Part shown: in pieces, positions 1 to 12,406 of the stretch
Numbering within the stretch: the first letter of the stretch is position 1
Layout: each line of letters starts with the position of its first letter
Assembly: GCA_002269645.1 (NCBI GenBank)
Contig: NIVC01000376.1
Span: 124,001 to 188,000, forward strand
Source of the DNA: Macrostomum lignano
Lineage: Eukaryota
Length of the DNA stretch: 64,000 nucleotides
Direction of reading: 5' to 3'
Program-made: the position numbers and the translations under genes
The notes under the pieces: generated by a model
Told to the model about the DNA's origin: nothing
The model's input: only the letters and a program-made list of their open reading frames with translations
Databases searched by the model: none

Positions 1-1633
1 AAAAATTAGGCTTGGTGTAAATACTTGGCATAAGAATTAATAGAAAAATGGGATGCATGCAAATTCGGCAACAAACAAATTTGGCAACAGAAATTTAACA
101 TAGACAAATTTGGGGGAAACAGTTTTCCCCATAGTGCAGCAGTTTTCGGCATTATGAAAATTTGGTCTTATAAAGTTTTGATCTTGTAAAGGGTAGTGCT
201 TTTTGGCATTGTGAAATTTTGGTCTTATGAAAGCAACCCATTTTCCATGGTCAAGAAGGTGCACCGTGTGTGCCACAATAAATCTTTCATAATTTTTTTA
301 ACTGTGTACTGTGTGCTAAAAATTTACGTATTTATGTAGGGCCTATATAATTTTACATGTTTTTTAATTTTTTGTTTTGAGTTTAAAAAAATAATAATTG
401 TTATAATATTTTTAGGTAGGCCTACACATATAATGGTACTATATTTTAAAAACCTTTTTGTGCCATTTTAAATTGAAAAAAGCAAGTTTGTCATTGTGTT
501 TCATCTTTTACATGTGAACTAAGAAGTTAATACAGTATAGACTGCACCAGGTAAGACACTCTGTGTATTGTATGTGCACACATAGTACACAATAAATTTT
601 CTTCTGTGCCATTTGTGCCATGTGCGCCAAAAATCCCCTGTATACGCCGCATTTTTGCGTGAAATCTACTACCTTCCTGACTATGGCCTATTTTTATAGT
701 TATAAATTATAGACTTAATATTAGTTTACCATAGTTATATACTGTCATAGAAAAATATTTTAAGACATCCAAGTTGATTTATTGTAGTTGGTGTTGCACA
801 AAGTATATTTTTCATAATTGAATTGACATGGCCTTATAATTATATAAGCCATAACTACTTATTTTTGTATATATAATAAGGTAGACAATAATGTCATTAG
901 TTTTTGCTTAAATTGTGACTATCACTTTAATTTTTTAGCTAGGCTGTAATCTCATTCTTAGTTTATCTCATTCTTATTTCAATACTAAATATTCACAGTT
1001 GGATTAAGAACTTAACTAGGAATATGCTTCAATTTTTCTAGTTAAAATGCATTAGACTTGTATTGGTATTCTATACGCATGTATACTAATGTATTTGTAT
1101 AGTTCAATGGGGTCCATTTATTTTACTCACTGCTTTTAATAAACCATTTACTAAGCAGTTGCTATGCCTAAATTATTTCTAGTATTTGAAGTATTAGCCT
1201 TATAGACCTCAGTATTTGGTGTGCTATATTGAAAAAGAGCTTGTTGATAAGCAAATAGAACTAAAATTTCCCTTGCTAAGCTTTATATTTTAGCATATAA
1301 TGACAGCTCTCTAAGTCCCTACTAGAATAAATTTTAAAAACTTGCAGACGCGCGCTTTAGAAAAAGAGTCAAATTTTTTTACCATGCTTTAGGATTTTTA
1401 GAAATCATTTTCTGTCAAAATCAAATTTCAGAAAAACAAAGTTTATTGTGACCAAAACTCACTTTTTTACTCTTGATTTACTGCTTATTCAAAACAAAAT
1501 ACATGTATCTATAGCACAAATTAGTTTTTTTAGCCACTCTTATAATCTTCCAAAATTTTGACTTCCAAATTTTTTTGTAATCAAAATTCACTCTTAAAAA
1601 TTCCAAATTTTGAAAAATCAAAATTGAAATTTT

Positions 1634-1645
1634 GGAACATCTCTA
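1634..1645. mobile_element. Orphan right TIR (GGAACATCTCTA) of the same hAT-MITE family as 2104-9475; left end not seen in window
   Basis: Identical to the 12-bp right TIR at 9464-9475 and preceded by similar GAAA/TTTC-rich subterminal sequence. Confidence 0.6.
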
Positions 1646-3107
1646 AGCATTATACAAAAAATTACAAGTGTGTAGGCCCCTTTCACAAAGGTATTAGACC
1701 CTCTTTCATGTATATTTATTTGCTAGAGCAGCAACCAGCAGAAATAGACAGCATACTATGCGCTACAAGTGCTGCGCGCCTGTGTGCACACTACACTAGA
1801 AAAATTTCAAAAGTGCATTGGACACCATCCACAGTTTTACAACTTTTTTCCTATAGGGCTCAAAGTCATTATTAGTCCAAATGACCTGACATAAATATAT
1901 AAAATACTGCTGTTTTAACTGTTTTAGTGTTTAGAGTAAAGGTAGATATGAGTGGAGTAGGTTGCAATATAGCTGCTAGTAGCCATCTCAAGCAGTTAGT
2001 CAACTCATGCTTGAAAGTTTTGGTCATTTAAAGTGCTGGTGTCCTTTTGCAGTGCCATGATTTTGTTGTCCCTATTATCTAAGGCTCTTTCCTTAGTGTT
2101 GCATAGAGATGTTCCGAAATTTCGATTTCGATTTTCCGAAATTCAGATTTTTTTAGAGCAAATTTCGATTTCAAAAAAATTTCGGAAGTCAAAATTTCGG
2201 AAGTGCCTACTTCCGAAATTTTTATCTGATTTTAGTTTTTTTAGAACTTCGTTACTGTCTTTTATCAGTGATCTTATACAGTTTTTACATGTAAAACTTT
2301 TTGAATTTGTTAAAACTGTTCCATGCATGTAGGACATGTAACATGGTAGTTTGTACATGTGGAACTATAAATTTTCGTAAATTTTGTTGCACTTTAAAGC
2401 TGCAAAAGCGTCTGCTGATATATTGCATATTTTTGCATTTTACAGTATATATATGTACATTTACCGTACATGTACATGCATTATCGTTTACACGATCTCA
2501 GTTATTGCTAGTCATGCAGTACTGATACATGTACATTTTAACTGTACATTTTATACATGTACAACTCAGTATACACCCTATACCCTACCGCCTAGATGGA
2601 TAAAGGCAGAGAAATTTGTTTTGTCTAGCAGGGAAAAGGCGCGCTTTGCTCCCGTGCTTTAATACCGTCTAGTAATGCAATATATGCGCCTTAGTGTTTC
2701 TTTTAAAGGCACTAGTTCAAATAAATTACTTAACACATTTACAGTATATGTAGTTTTTGCGTCGAAAAAAAATTTTGCATTTAAAAGTGGCAATGAGGGA
2801 TTCTACTTATTTAGTGGCCGAAAATAAACGAACTTCTGCTAAACATACATGTATTTTGTTTTGCATGAGCAGTAAATCGAAAGTAGAAAAGTGAGCATAC
2901 ATGCGCAACAGTCGGCCGAGTCGGCCGATCCGGCCGACCGATTTGGCGGCCAACCAAGTAAGTCGCAAAATTGATTAACCGCCAAAAAAAAACAAAAAAA
3001 CAAAAGACGAAAAAGGGGAAAGGAAAAGGAAAAAATGAGAAAAAGGGAGCAAAGAGAAAGAGAAAAACACAAAAAGAGTTGTAAGTGCTGTAAGTTGCAG
3101 CACTGAA

Positions 3108-4612
3108 GACAAGGTAAGTCGCACTGAGGGCAAGCTAAGTCGCACCGAGGGCAAGCTAAGTCGCAGCAGGACCGAGCTAAGTCGCATCGAGGGCGAACTA
3201 AGTCGCACCGAGCGAGAGCTAAGTCGCACCGAGGGCGAGCTAAGTCGCACCGAGGGCAAAATAAGTCGCACCGAGCGAGAGCTAAGTCGCACTAAGTCGC
3301 AGCAGGACCGAGCTAAGTCGCACCGAGGGCGAGCTAAGTCGCAGCAGGACCGAGCTAAGTCGCACCGAGGGCGAACTAAGTCGCACCGAGCGAGAGCTAA
3401 GTCGCACTAAGTCGCAGCAGGACCAAGCTAAGTCGCACCGAGGGCGAGCTAAGTTGCAGCAGGACCGAGCTAAGTCGCACCGAGGGCGAACTAAGTCGCA
3501 CCGAGCGAGAGCTAAGTCGCACTGAGGGCGAGCTAAGTCGCAGCAGGACCGAGCTAAGTCGCACCGAGGGCGAACTAAGTCGCACCGAGCGAGAGCTAAG
3601 TCGCACTAAGTCGCAGCAGGACCAAGCTAAGTCGCACCGAGGGCGAGCTAAGTTGCAGCAGGACCGAGCTAAGTTGCACCGAGGGCGAACTAAGTCGCAC
3701 CGAGCGAGAGCTAAGTCGCACTGAGGGCGAGCTATGTCGCAGCAGGACCGAGCTAAGTCGCACTAAGGGCGAGCTAAGTCGCACCGAGGGCAAAATAAGT
3801 CGCACCGAGCGAGAGCTAAGTCGCACTAAGTCGCAGCAGGACCGAGCTAAGTCGCACCGAGGGCGAGCTAAGTTGCAGCAGGACCGAGCTAAGTCGCACC
3901 GAGGGCGAACTAAGTCGCACCGAGCGAGAGCTAAGTCGCACTGAGGGCGAGCTAAGTCGCAGCAGGACCGAGCTAAGTCGCACTAAGGGCGAGCTAAGTC
4001 GCACCGAGGGCAAAATAAGTCGCACCGAGCGAGAGCTAAGTCGCACTAAGTCGCAGCAGGACCGAGCTAAGTCGCACCGAGGGCGAGCTAAGTCGCAGCA
4101 GGACCGAGCTAAGTCGCACCGAGGGCGAACTAAGTCGCACCGAGCGAGAGCTAAGTCGCACTAAGTCGCAGCAGGACCGAGCTAAGTCGCACTAAGTCGC
4201 AGCAGGACCGAGCTAAGTCGCACCGAGGGCGAGCTAAGTCGCACCGAGCGAGAGCTAAGTCGCACCGAGGGCGAGCTAAGTCGCAGCAGGACCGAGCTAA
4301 GTCGCATCGAGGGCGAACTAAGTCGCACCGAGCGAGAGCTAAGTCGCACTGAGGGCGAGCTATGTCGCAGCAGGACCGAGCTAAGTCGCACTAAGGGCGA
4401 GCTAAGTCGCACCGAGGGCAAAATAAGTCGCACCGAGCGAGAGCTAAGTCGCACTAAGTCGCAGCAGGACCGAGCTAAGTCGCACCGAGGGCGAGCTAAG
4501 TCGCACCGAGGGCGAGCTAAGTCGCACCGAGCGAGAGCTAAGTCGCACTGAGGGCGAGCTAAGTCGCAGCAGGGCCGAGGTAAGTCGCAGCAGGACTGAG
4601 TTAAGTCGCAGA
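3108..4612. repeat. ~21-bp minisatellite (CTAAGTCGCACCGAGGGCGAG variants) with ~220-bp higher-order unit, inside the inner hAT
   Basis: Tandem copies read directly; near-identical repeat ORFs at 3596-3826 and 3816-4046 are offset by 220 bp. Confidence 0.95.
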
Positions 4613-4814
4613 GCATCTTTAGGATTATTAGGATAGGATTAGTTTAGGATGAATTTAATGTATCACTTACTAGGGTGTAGGCTACGTGTGCATTAACGCA
4701 TCAATTTGAAAAATTAAGAATTACGAAGCCAGAAATGGCTAAGGAATAGAAATAGGGATAGAATAACTTATAAGCAGTAATTTTTCAGCCCTATTACAAT
4801 TGCAAATCATACTT

Positions 4815-7069
4815 TTAATAATATTTAATTAGCAAATTAAAACTGCAAGATTCTAACGGTCTTATATATGAACTTAGAAGAACTGTAGTCTGACCAGAGA
4901 TTGTCCTTTCTGTAGCGCGTTCTGAAGCATCTGCATCTCTAGAGTCTGAATCAGAAAGATGGTCCTCTGTTTCAGATTCAGAGCTGTCATCTTCCATTCC
5001 AAACCGTCTAGCAAGAGGTATGATTCTCGAACTGTATGTAAAGACAGTATGTAATGTTTCAGCATTAGGCAATAACACTGGGTTGAGCACATTAAATATT
5101 GAGTAGTCATCCTCAGGAAAATAATTACGCAGCTGATCAATTATGCTATCAATGATTCGACTGCGAATCTCATCCAGTGCTGGATAAGCTCCCATGTCAA
5201 CAACACTGCCACGTCCACTAGCATCAAATAATCTATTTCTTAGAGATCTGTCTGCAGCAGAACCTGGTTGCTTCAACTCAAACCTCTCTGTTGGATCGCT
5301 GCTTCCAGGGCCGGAAGGACAAGCAAAGTTAGAATAAGATAGGTCTCTTGTGTGACATCCTGAATGGTATTCCAGCTGCGGATATCCATCTGCAGTTCCC
5401 AAAACTCGACGACACTTGCAGGAAGCCAAAAAGTCCACAATGCGAGGACCATTGTTCGTTTTTAAGGTTTCTAGTGAATGGATAAGGTTAGTGTGGCGTT
5501 CTTGCAAGCCAATAAATGTACCCTTGGCTCTTTGAAACTGCAAGGACTCAAATTCCAGTAATTTTAGAATGTCCATGAGAAATAGATGTAATGAATAATA
5601 CCGGACATTTTGCAATGTTTTCAATAATCCAGAGGCAGTTGCTTTACTTTCGTCATCAAAGCCTGAGGAAGGTGATTTGATATTTTCTAAATTTGTCAGA
5701 AGCAAGTAGTACGACTTTCGAATCACATCAAGAGCAGACACTTCCGATGCAACCCACCTGATGCGATATATTCTTTTTAATTCATAGAAAACCAAGTTGA
5801 GTGCTTCCGAAGTTTGTGCCAAAGATGCCTTACGTTTAACAGCGTGGCTCATATAAAATTTGTGTAGAGAATTTATATTCTTATCGAGATGTTGCATAAA
5901 TGGGAAGATTTCAAAGGCATGATAGATTGAAAGTTCTAACTTATGCGCTGCACAATGGTGCTGAAAAAATTGTTTGCTAGCCCAAGGCCTCAGTTGACTT
6001 ATTAATCCCACTCGACTTCCTGTCATTACGGATGCACCATCAGTTGTCACCCCCAATAGCCTTCGTTTGATTTCATCTTCTAGCTTGTCATCCGAAAATA
6101 AACGGATGAGAAGTTCATAAATGCTTCGTCCAGTCTCTACTTCAGTCAGACGTTTAAACCGATAAAAAACATCAAATGTTGGCTGTTTTCAAGAACTCTG
6201 AAGTATATCATGACGTAGCTGTTTGAATGAATATCAGACGTTGTATCTAGTACAATAGAAATCGGAAGATTGTCAGCACTTTTAATGTAATTCACAAATG
6301 TCCGATGCATTGTATTACTGATTGATTCCACCATTGCTGCGGCACTTTTGCGATGCTTATGATGGCTCCCCATATCCAACCCATTTTTTACTTGTAAATC
6401 AATCATATTTGGATGAGCACTGAATGGAATATTAGATTTGACTTCGGCATAAACTGTTGTCAAAACTCGGGCTGTTATTTCATCTCGTTTAGTTTTAGCT
6501 AGTCTAGCGGCCTCATTCATCTGTTTGAGTTGCTTTGCAAGAACTGAAGTATGTTTTTCCTTCATCCACTTTATGGCGTCACTGAAGTGTATTTGATGAA
6601 TGTTCCTGTAGTTTTCTTTGTACGCTATCTTTTGCATGACCTTTGGGAATGTAGCCTTGTTCTGTTGCAAAAGTTAACTTACGTTGGCTCTCTAGATTTG
6701 TCTCCTTTTTCTTATGTGCATTCAAAAATTTTCTGCAGATCCGACATTGTATTCCAGATCTTGATAGATCTTCGGTGTTTTGAACATATTGAAACCATGT
6801 CTTCATTTCTTGTGACACAAATTTTCTTGAAAATGATCTGCAATGGTCAAATTAGAGAATATTTTGGGATTTGGACTATTTGTGAGTATCTAAAAGCAAT
6901 ATGCTAATAAGTGCAATACACAATACACTATACATTAATTTACAGTTCGTCAGTTTCCATTTACTTACTGTGACTGGTGCATCTCCAAAGAATGTAACCA
7001 CTCCTCTCGAAAACCAGATGTATCCTCCCAGTCCTTTTTAGGGAAAACTTCAATATTTTCGCCCATCAT
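4815..7069 (-). pseudogene. ZNF862-like hAT transposase, frameshifted (~6580, ~6185) and apparently lacking the C-terminal dimerisation domain
   Basis: CRIC zinc-finger region (6579-6818); SIVLDTTSD first catalytic Asp region (6146-6670); GVTTDGASVMTG and HCAAHKLEL motifs (4815-6056); putative intron 6838-6968 (GTAAGT...TTGCAG). Confidence 0.85.
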
Positions 7070-7129
7070 AGAGGAAGACGAGGGCTTTGATGCTGAAGTG
7101 GCTAGACATGCGTCTGCAGATGTGCTTAT

Positions 7130-8596
7130 TCATGGTATTTTTTTTTGCGATGGCCCTGCTTCTGCAGTATTTACTTGTACTATTTCAACATCACCTGAAC
7201 CCCTTGAGTTGCTCGAATCTAAATCAACAATAGGACTTTGGCAAAGTGATCGTTTCGTTGATTGTCTTTGAATATTTACTTGCCTAATAATTTCCACTTG
7301 TAGTTTGCTTGTTTGCTGGTCATTCTCCAACAACTCTCTTCTTTCCTGTACATTTGCAGCAGAGCAAAAATTAGAAGTTTCTGCAGCAGCAGTTTGAACA
7401 GCATGATCTCGATTAGCTGCTATTTGCTCTGAAAATTCATAGGACCTGGCCAATTCACTACGGTGTGAGCTTTCAGAACATGGAGCTGGAGCAGGAGCTA
7501 GTCGCATTTCGATTCTTTCTGTTGCTGATGAAGCAGATGCTAATGCTGAGTCTGCCAATGTACCTGCTTCTCTTGAAGGTGTATTTATGATGGCTTCAAT
7601 ATTGTCCTCTAAAATCCAATGAGCACCTGAGCAGTCATTTTCTCTACCTGGAGTCAACTGTCCAAGTTTCCACCTTGTAAAAAGCAAAGGCTTTCGTAAC
7701 TCACTGCTGGATTCAGGGCACCGGTTTATTGAATAGTCCTCATGACCAAGTTCATCCCATTCTCTTGCTGGCTTTAAGATGTAGTTGGGCTTGTCTCTTA
7801 GCCTACGATAAATGGACTAAAAAAATGTGCACCTGTTATTTTGTGTACTTCGTGCATAGATGATCATGTCATGCACATTGTTCCTAATAATTTCAGCTAA
7901 TGAGTTATCAATGATAATTTTATCTTCATAAACAGGTCTTCTTTGTGTTGCATGCATTTTAGCTAGTCGCAGTTTTCCAATGCTACTGGCAGTTGTGGAA
8001 CTTGAACTGTCCGATTCTGATCTAGAAAAGTCTCGTTGATACAAGAGAATAATGGCCATAGCACTTTTACCATTCCCATTCTTTAATGCATTTGGTTCTG
8101 TTAAAATTGTCTTACTAGCAGACTTGAAAAAATCAATGATGGATGACTGCAATGATCCACTAGGAGCGGAACTTGGCAGCCCATGTCTAGTTTTTCCCTG
8201 ATACCCAATAGATGTATCGGTAAAAAACATATCTGCTGCTTCCTGCTTCTCTTTTGATGCAATAACAAAGAAACTGCTGTCCGTTTTGAAGCCCGAGGAC
8301 CGATAGAAGTCAGCAGAAAATGAAACCACAGGTCGTCTAAAATCGCCGCTATATTCTTGAACTCCAATCAGAAGAAAATCACGGAGTCTCACTGGCACTG
8401 ATCCTAATAGCATTGCAGTTGTGGAACAAACTTTCTTCAGCTCAATGAACTCTGAAAATTCTTGAGATCCAATATTAGGCTCATCAGTATTTAACTCATT
8501 TATAACAATTGAGCACTCACTCTCAGCTAGAATACCATTGATAGCTAGGATGCCACTTAGAATCAGTAGGCAAAGACAACTAAGGCTGTACATCAT
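7130..8596 (-). pseudogene. Transposon cargo: signal-peptide protein with lamin-tail-domain-like (INELN...EFIEL...TPG.ENDC) module; one in-frame TAG at 7817-7819
   Basis: ORFs 7817-8677 and 7130-7687 are in the same frame, separated only by one TAG, and the 43 intervening codons are open; hydrophobic N-terminus MMYSLSCLCLLILSGILAINGILA. Confidence 0.6.
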
Positions 8597-9699
8597 TCTG
8601 TGAAAGATTAAGTCGAGTATATGATTTTGGTGATAAAATAAAATTGATTTATGAGTATTACTATATAAATAAAACATTTAAAAGCCCTTACCTTTACCAA
8701 TTCATGTACAGAAAGTAAGTGTAAATACAACCAATTGCCTTGGTAGTTTAGTTATATGCTCGTATCAGATGCAGGCAGACAGCATAGGCTGCCAAGGTGC
8801 TATAAGTTAAGGTTAACTTTCACTATTTGGCTTTACAGACTGCTTTTATCGCTGCATGCATTGACTTAGCCTTAGCTTGTGCCATCATACTCATACAGCT
8901 ATATATACATATGTATCTCTGCCACTCCCCACTTTTGCAACCTTACACTGTACAATCATGCCTAAAACACTCCGTGTCAAGTGTACTGTTCTAGTGCCAC
9001 ATGGGGTACAAATACGATTAGGAATGACAAGAGTCAAAACCATACATTCACAATAGTTGGCCGATATGGACGACTGATTTGGTGGCCAACCAAGGTAAGT
9101 TGCAAAAATGCCCACCCAAATAAATACCAAAGTAGTATTAAGTAGCTGACGAAGCATTTTGCCTTAATAAAGACAGTTATAGTTACTCCTGCCGTTTACC
9201 CAAAGTTGCGTTAATTTTGCTTTTAGGTTTTTTTCATGTAAGTCGCATTTTTGGCCAAAAACTACGTCGCATTTTTGTTAAAACTAAGTCGCACGGCCGA
9301 CCAAATTTTGGAGGTTGCGCATGTATGAAAGTGAGTGTCGGTTGTACTAAACTTTGTTTTTCTGAATTATGATTTCGGAAAATTTCGATTTCGATTTCGA
9401 TTTCGATTTTGGAAAGTAGCGAATTTCGATTTCGATTTCAATTTCGACAGAAAATTCACTTTTGGAACATCTCTAGTGTTGCAGCCAAGCATTTCTACAT
9501 GTTTTGATAGTTGGCACTTGAAAGTTATTGATACTAGCTGGTCTATTATGGGCATGCAAAATTGCTAGAACAATTTTGCTCTACTAAATTTTTTTAAGTG
9601 GCAGTGGTATCCTCTTTCACTGAGTTGAGCAACATGCATAAAAAACATCGCAGTGTATATGTATCCTAGGTATTACAGATAGTGAGTCAGTCAGAGACA

Positions 9700-11300
9700 G
9701 TGCATTAAAACACAGGGGCTAGTAGATATATAGCAATGCAAAAGAGAAAAGTAGAACAATTGAATGTAAAATGGCAAGGCAGATTGCTTATACATTAAAA
9801 ATGTTTAAAACAACATGCTTTACCCATCTATTATTAGTGTATAAATGAAAGTTTATATGCACGATAATGTCTTTTTTCAGTTCCATCATCATAGTATGTT
9901 GTCTGCAAGCCTAGCTACTAATTGTAGTGCCAAATAGCCTGCCTATAGGCCTAGTATAAGACATATCTACAAATTGATGTTTATAGAAAGACAATTAAGT
10001 TGGCTTTTCAAATGGTGGCCTCAAATTTGAAAATGAAGCCCTTAGGTTCTGCATGGAAGACAATGGCCTTAAGTGCTTAATTTGATAATGTAATTTCTTA
10101 TCTAAAGTACTTGCTTATTATCTTTGCAGCTTCTTCCAAGAAGGCAAGAGGTACTTGTTTCATATCATATCTCTGTTATAGACAAATGCATGGATTTAAT
10201 AAAGCTGCTAGAATGGCTATTGGCAGTGTTGCCACAGCTGCACAGCGCAAATATGCAAAAAATGTGCTAGACCCTAAATTTCTGCACAAATTAGACATTT
10301 TTGGATTGTTGACAATATGGCAGAAGCAAAATGTCCAAGTCCACTTTAAATGATGATACATTGATATTTCACTTGTCAGCTATTGCTGCTTTTTGTTTGC
10401 ACTTAAAATTAAAAACACAATTTTATACTATTTTGTTCATTTTCAAGCATTAAACAATTGATTTATCCTTTGATTCAATTTAGGAAAGTTTTTAGGGATT
10501 TGAAAGTTTTTAAAGTTGTGACTAAGAAAAATTAGGACAAGAAAAAAAGGATGCTGGACTGAATTTCTTCATTTGTTTCTTCATTTTACTAACAATAATC
10601 AGCTTAGGTTTCTACCCGCACAATTTTTTACCCTGCACAAAAAATAATTTTGTTTTGAGTGGCAGCACTGGCTATTGGTTAACATTGAAAATACCATTTA
10701 TATACTACCATTTGGCTCATGTCAGCAGCAATAGCATGTCATCTTTTGCAAATATGATGTGGCAATGGCCATTCACATGAATGTCACTATGGAGAAAGTT
10801 GTTAAGAATGGCATTCATGTCAATGTCAAAGTTAATTGTATCTGGCTTTTCTGGGTAGTCTTTGAAATAGTCTCAGTTGGCAACCTGTGCAAGGTTGTCA
10901 GGACTTGGCATTTTTAAAGCACCTTGAAAGTCATTAAGCACTTGCAGCAACTTGTCTTGTGCAATGTGAGGCACCAACAGATTTGAGCAGAAACAGCTTT
11001 TGTTGCACCTGAGTTTTAACATGCTGCTTTAACTTCCTCTCTGTTGGCCTATTAATTGGAAGGTAGATGTGGTGACTGTGGCCTTTTTGAAATGTTGCCT
11101 TTCTGAATCACTGTGGTGCCACTGTGTGCTTTGCACTATGAGCACTGCCAATATGCATTGTCACCATGTCGGGGATACACCAAAGCTGTACTGACTGTCA
11201 ACAATTTTAACATCCTTCTTGTTTAAGCCATCAAGAATCAACTCAAAATCTGAAACTTCATGTGCTGTGATCACTAAAGTAGCTAGATCTCAAATGTTAA
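9700..11300 (-). pseudogene. Highly decayed MULE (Mutator-like) transposase
   Basis: Minus-strand motifs in the expected order: PSPDNLAQVAN (~10880-10915), HIIFAKDDMLLLLT*AKW*YINGIF (~10690-10763), IHAFV...MKQVPLAF (~10150-10196), FEATI*KA, LGLQTTYYDDGT (~9881-9915); boundaries approximate. Confidence 0.7.
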
Positions 11301-12406
11301 TGCTAGCATCCATTGGCATACCATCCTAACTGACATCATTCCTATCCTCATCCTCGTTCACATCCTCACCTTGCGTGAGCATGACATCCTCATCATCAAA
11401 AATTACCTCCATTGATGGTTTTTGATATGCATCCTGCTCCGGAGCATTATCATTGGCAGAGTCCTTTTGCTGCAGGATATTGCAGTTGCTGTTGCATGTG
11501 TAATTTTGCAATGGCAGCCATCGCACTGCAAACCTTGCTGACATTAGCAGACCTCATTTTTGCAAATGATGCACAAGCTATGTATTTTAGGGAAATCAAT
11601 ATTCAATCAATTTTCTACCTATATATGCACCTAGATATCCAATAGCTCATATACATTCACAGTTCAATAGCCCTTACCCCATTCTCCCCATTCATCAAAA
11701 TAATGTACATCATTAAATCAATAAATAGAATCACATAGCCCTAGTTGGACTAGAACTTTTGGACCACAACTAAATCATAAGCTGAACTCTTACAGACAGT
11801 AAAGAGCAGTTTTTTATTCAGGCATGGGAACTGCTCAGTGGATTGGTCTACTAAAGGCAGTGAATGAAAAAATACCCCCCACGGAACATTACTCTACACA
11901 CATGCAGAATACCAGCATGTGCAAGTATGAGCTTATAATACATTTTTAATATTGTAAATTTTAACAACAAGTCCTGATGTATCACCCTTTTGATCAGCTC
12001 CATTGATTTCTTGTTTGGCATAAAATTGCTAAGAAGCTTAAATCATAAAAATAAACAACTTACATGTAGTTTATTCATTTTTTTCTTTGCTGCCTACCTT
12101 TATGGAGGGTGCAGATTGGTTTTTTAATCTAAAATGTTTTTCTAAATATATATTGCCAATGGGTATATAGTAGTCATAATTACAAAGTTTCAAAGTTTCT
12201 TTGTGTTTATAGGTTGTTAAAATGCTTTATTTTTCTTTGCTTTTGATTTTCTATGCTAAGATAAACTTATACAGAAAAAGTTGTTAATAATCTAATTTGC
12301 TAACTGTATCATAGATATTATCTCGATGGCAAACACACCCTAGAAATTTGAAAAGCGCCATAAATTACAATACTGACTTTCATATTCCTTGCTCCACTGC
12401 CCCTAG

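Larger units (their letters stand above)
2896..9327 (-). mobile_element. Inner hAT transposon (6.4 kb) carrying a decayed transposase and a cargo ORF
   Basis: 14-bp TIR CATACATGCGCAAC at 2896-2909 and GTTGCGCATGTATG at 9314-9327; perfect 8-bp TSD AAAGTGAG at 2888-2895 and 9328-9335; hAT transposase inside. Confidence 0.9.
2104..9475. mobile_element. Outer non-autonomous hAT element (MITE-like, ~0.93 kb before the nested insertion)
   Basis: TIR TAGAGATGTTCC at 2104-2115 with its reverse complement at 9464-9475; perfect 8-bp TSD GTGTTGCA at 2096-2103 and 9476-9483; TTTCGA subterminal repeats at both ends. Confidence 0.9.

Noticed and set aside
530-556. GCACCAG|GTAAG donor as DAP exon 1
   Set aside because: Phase fits but it encodes no GHPPA-like motif and has no upstream ATG frame
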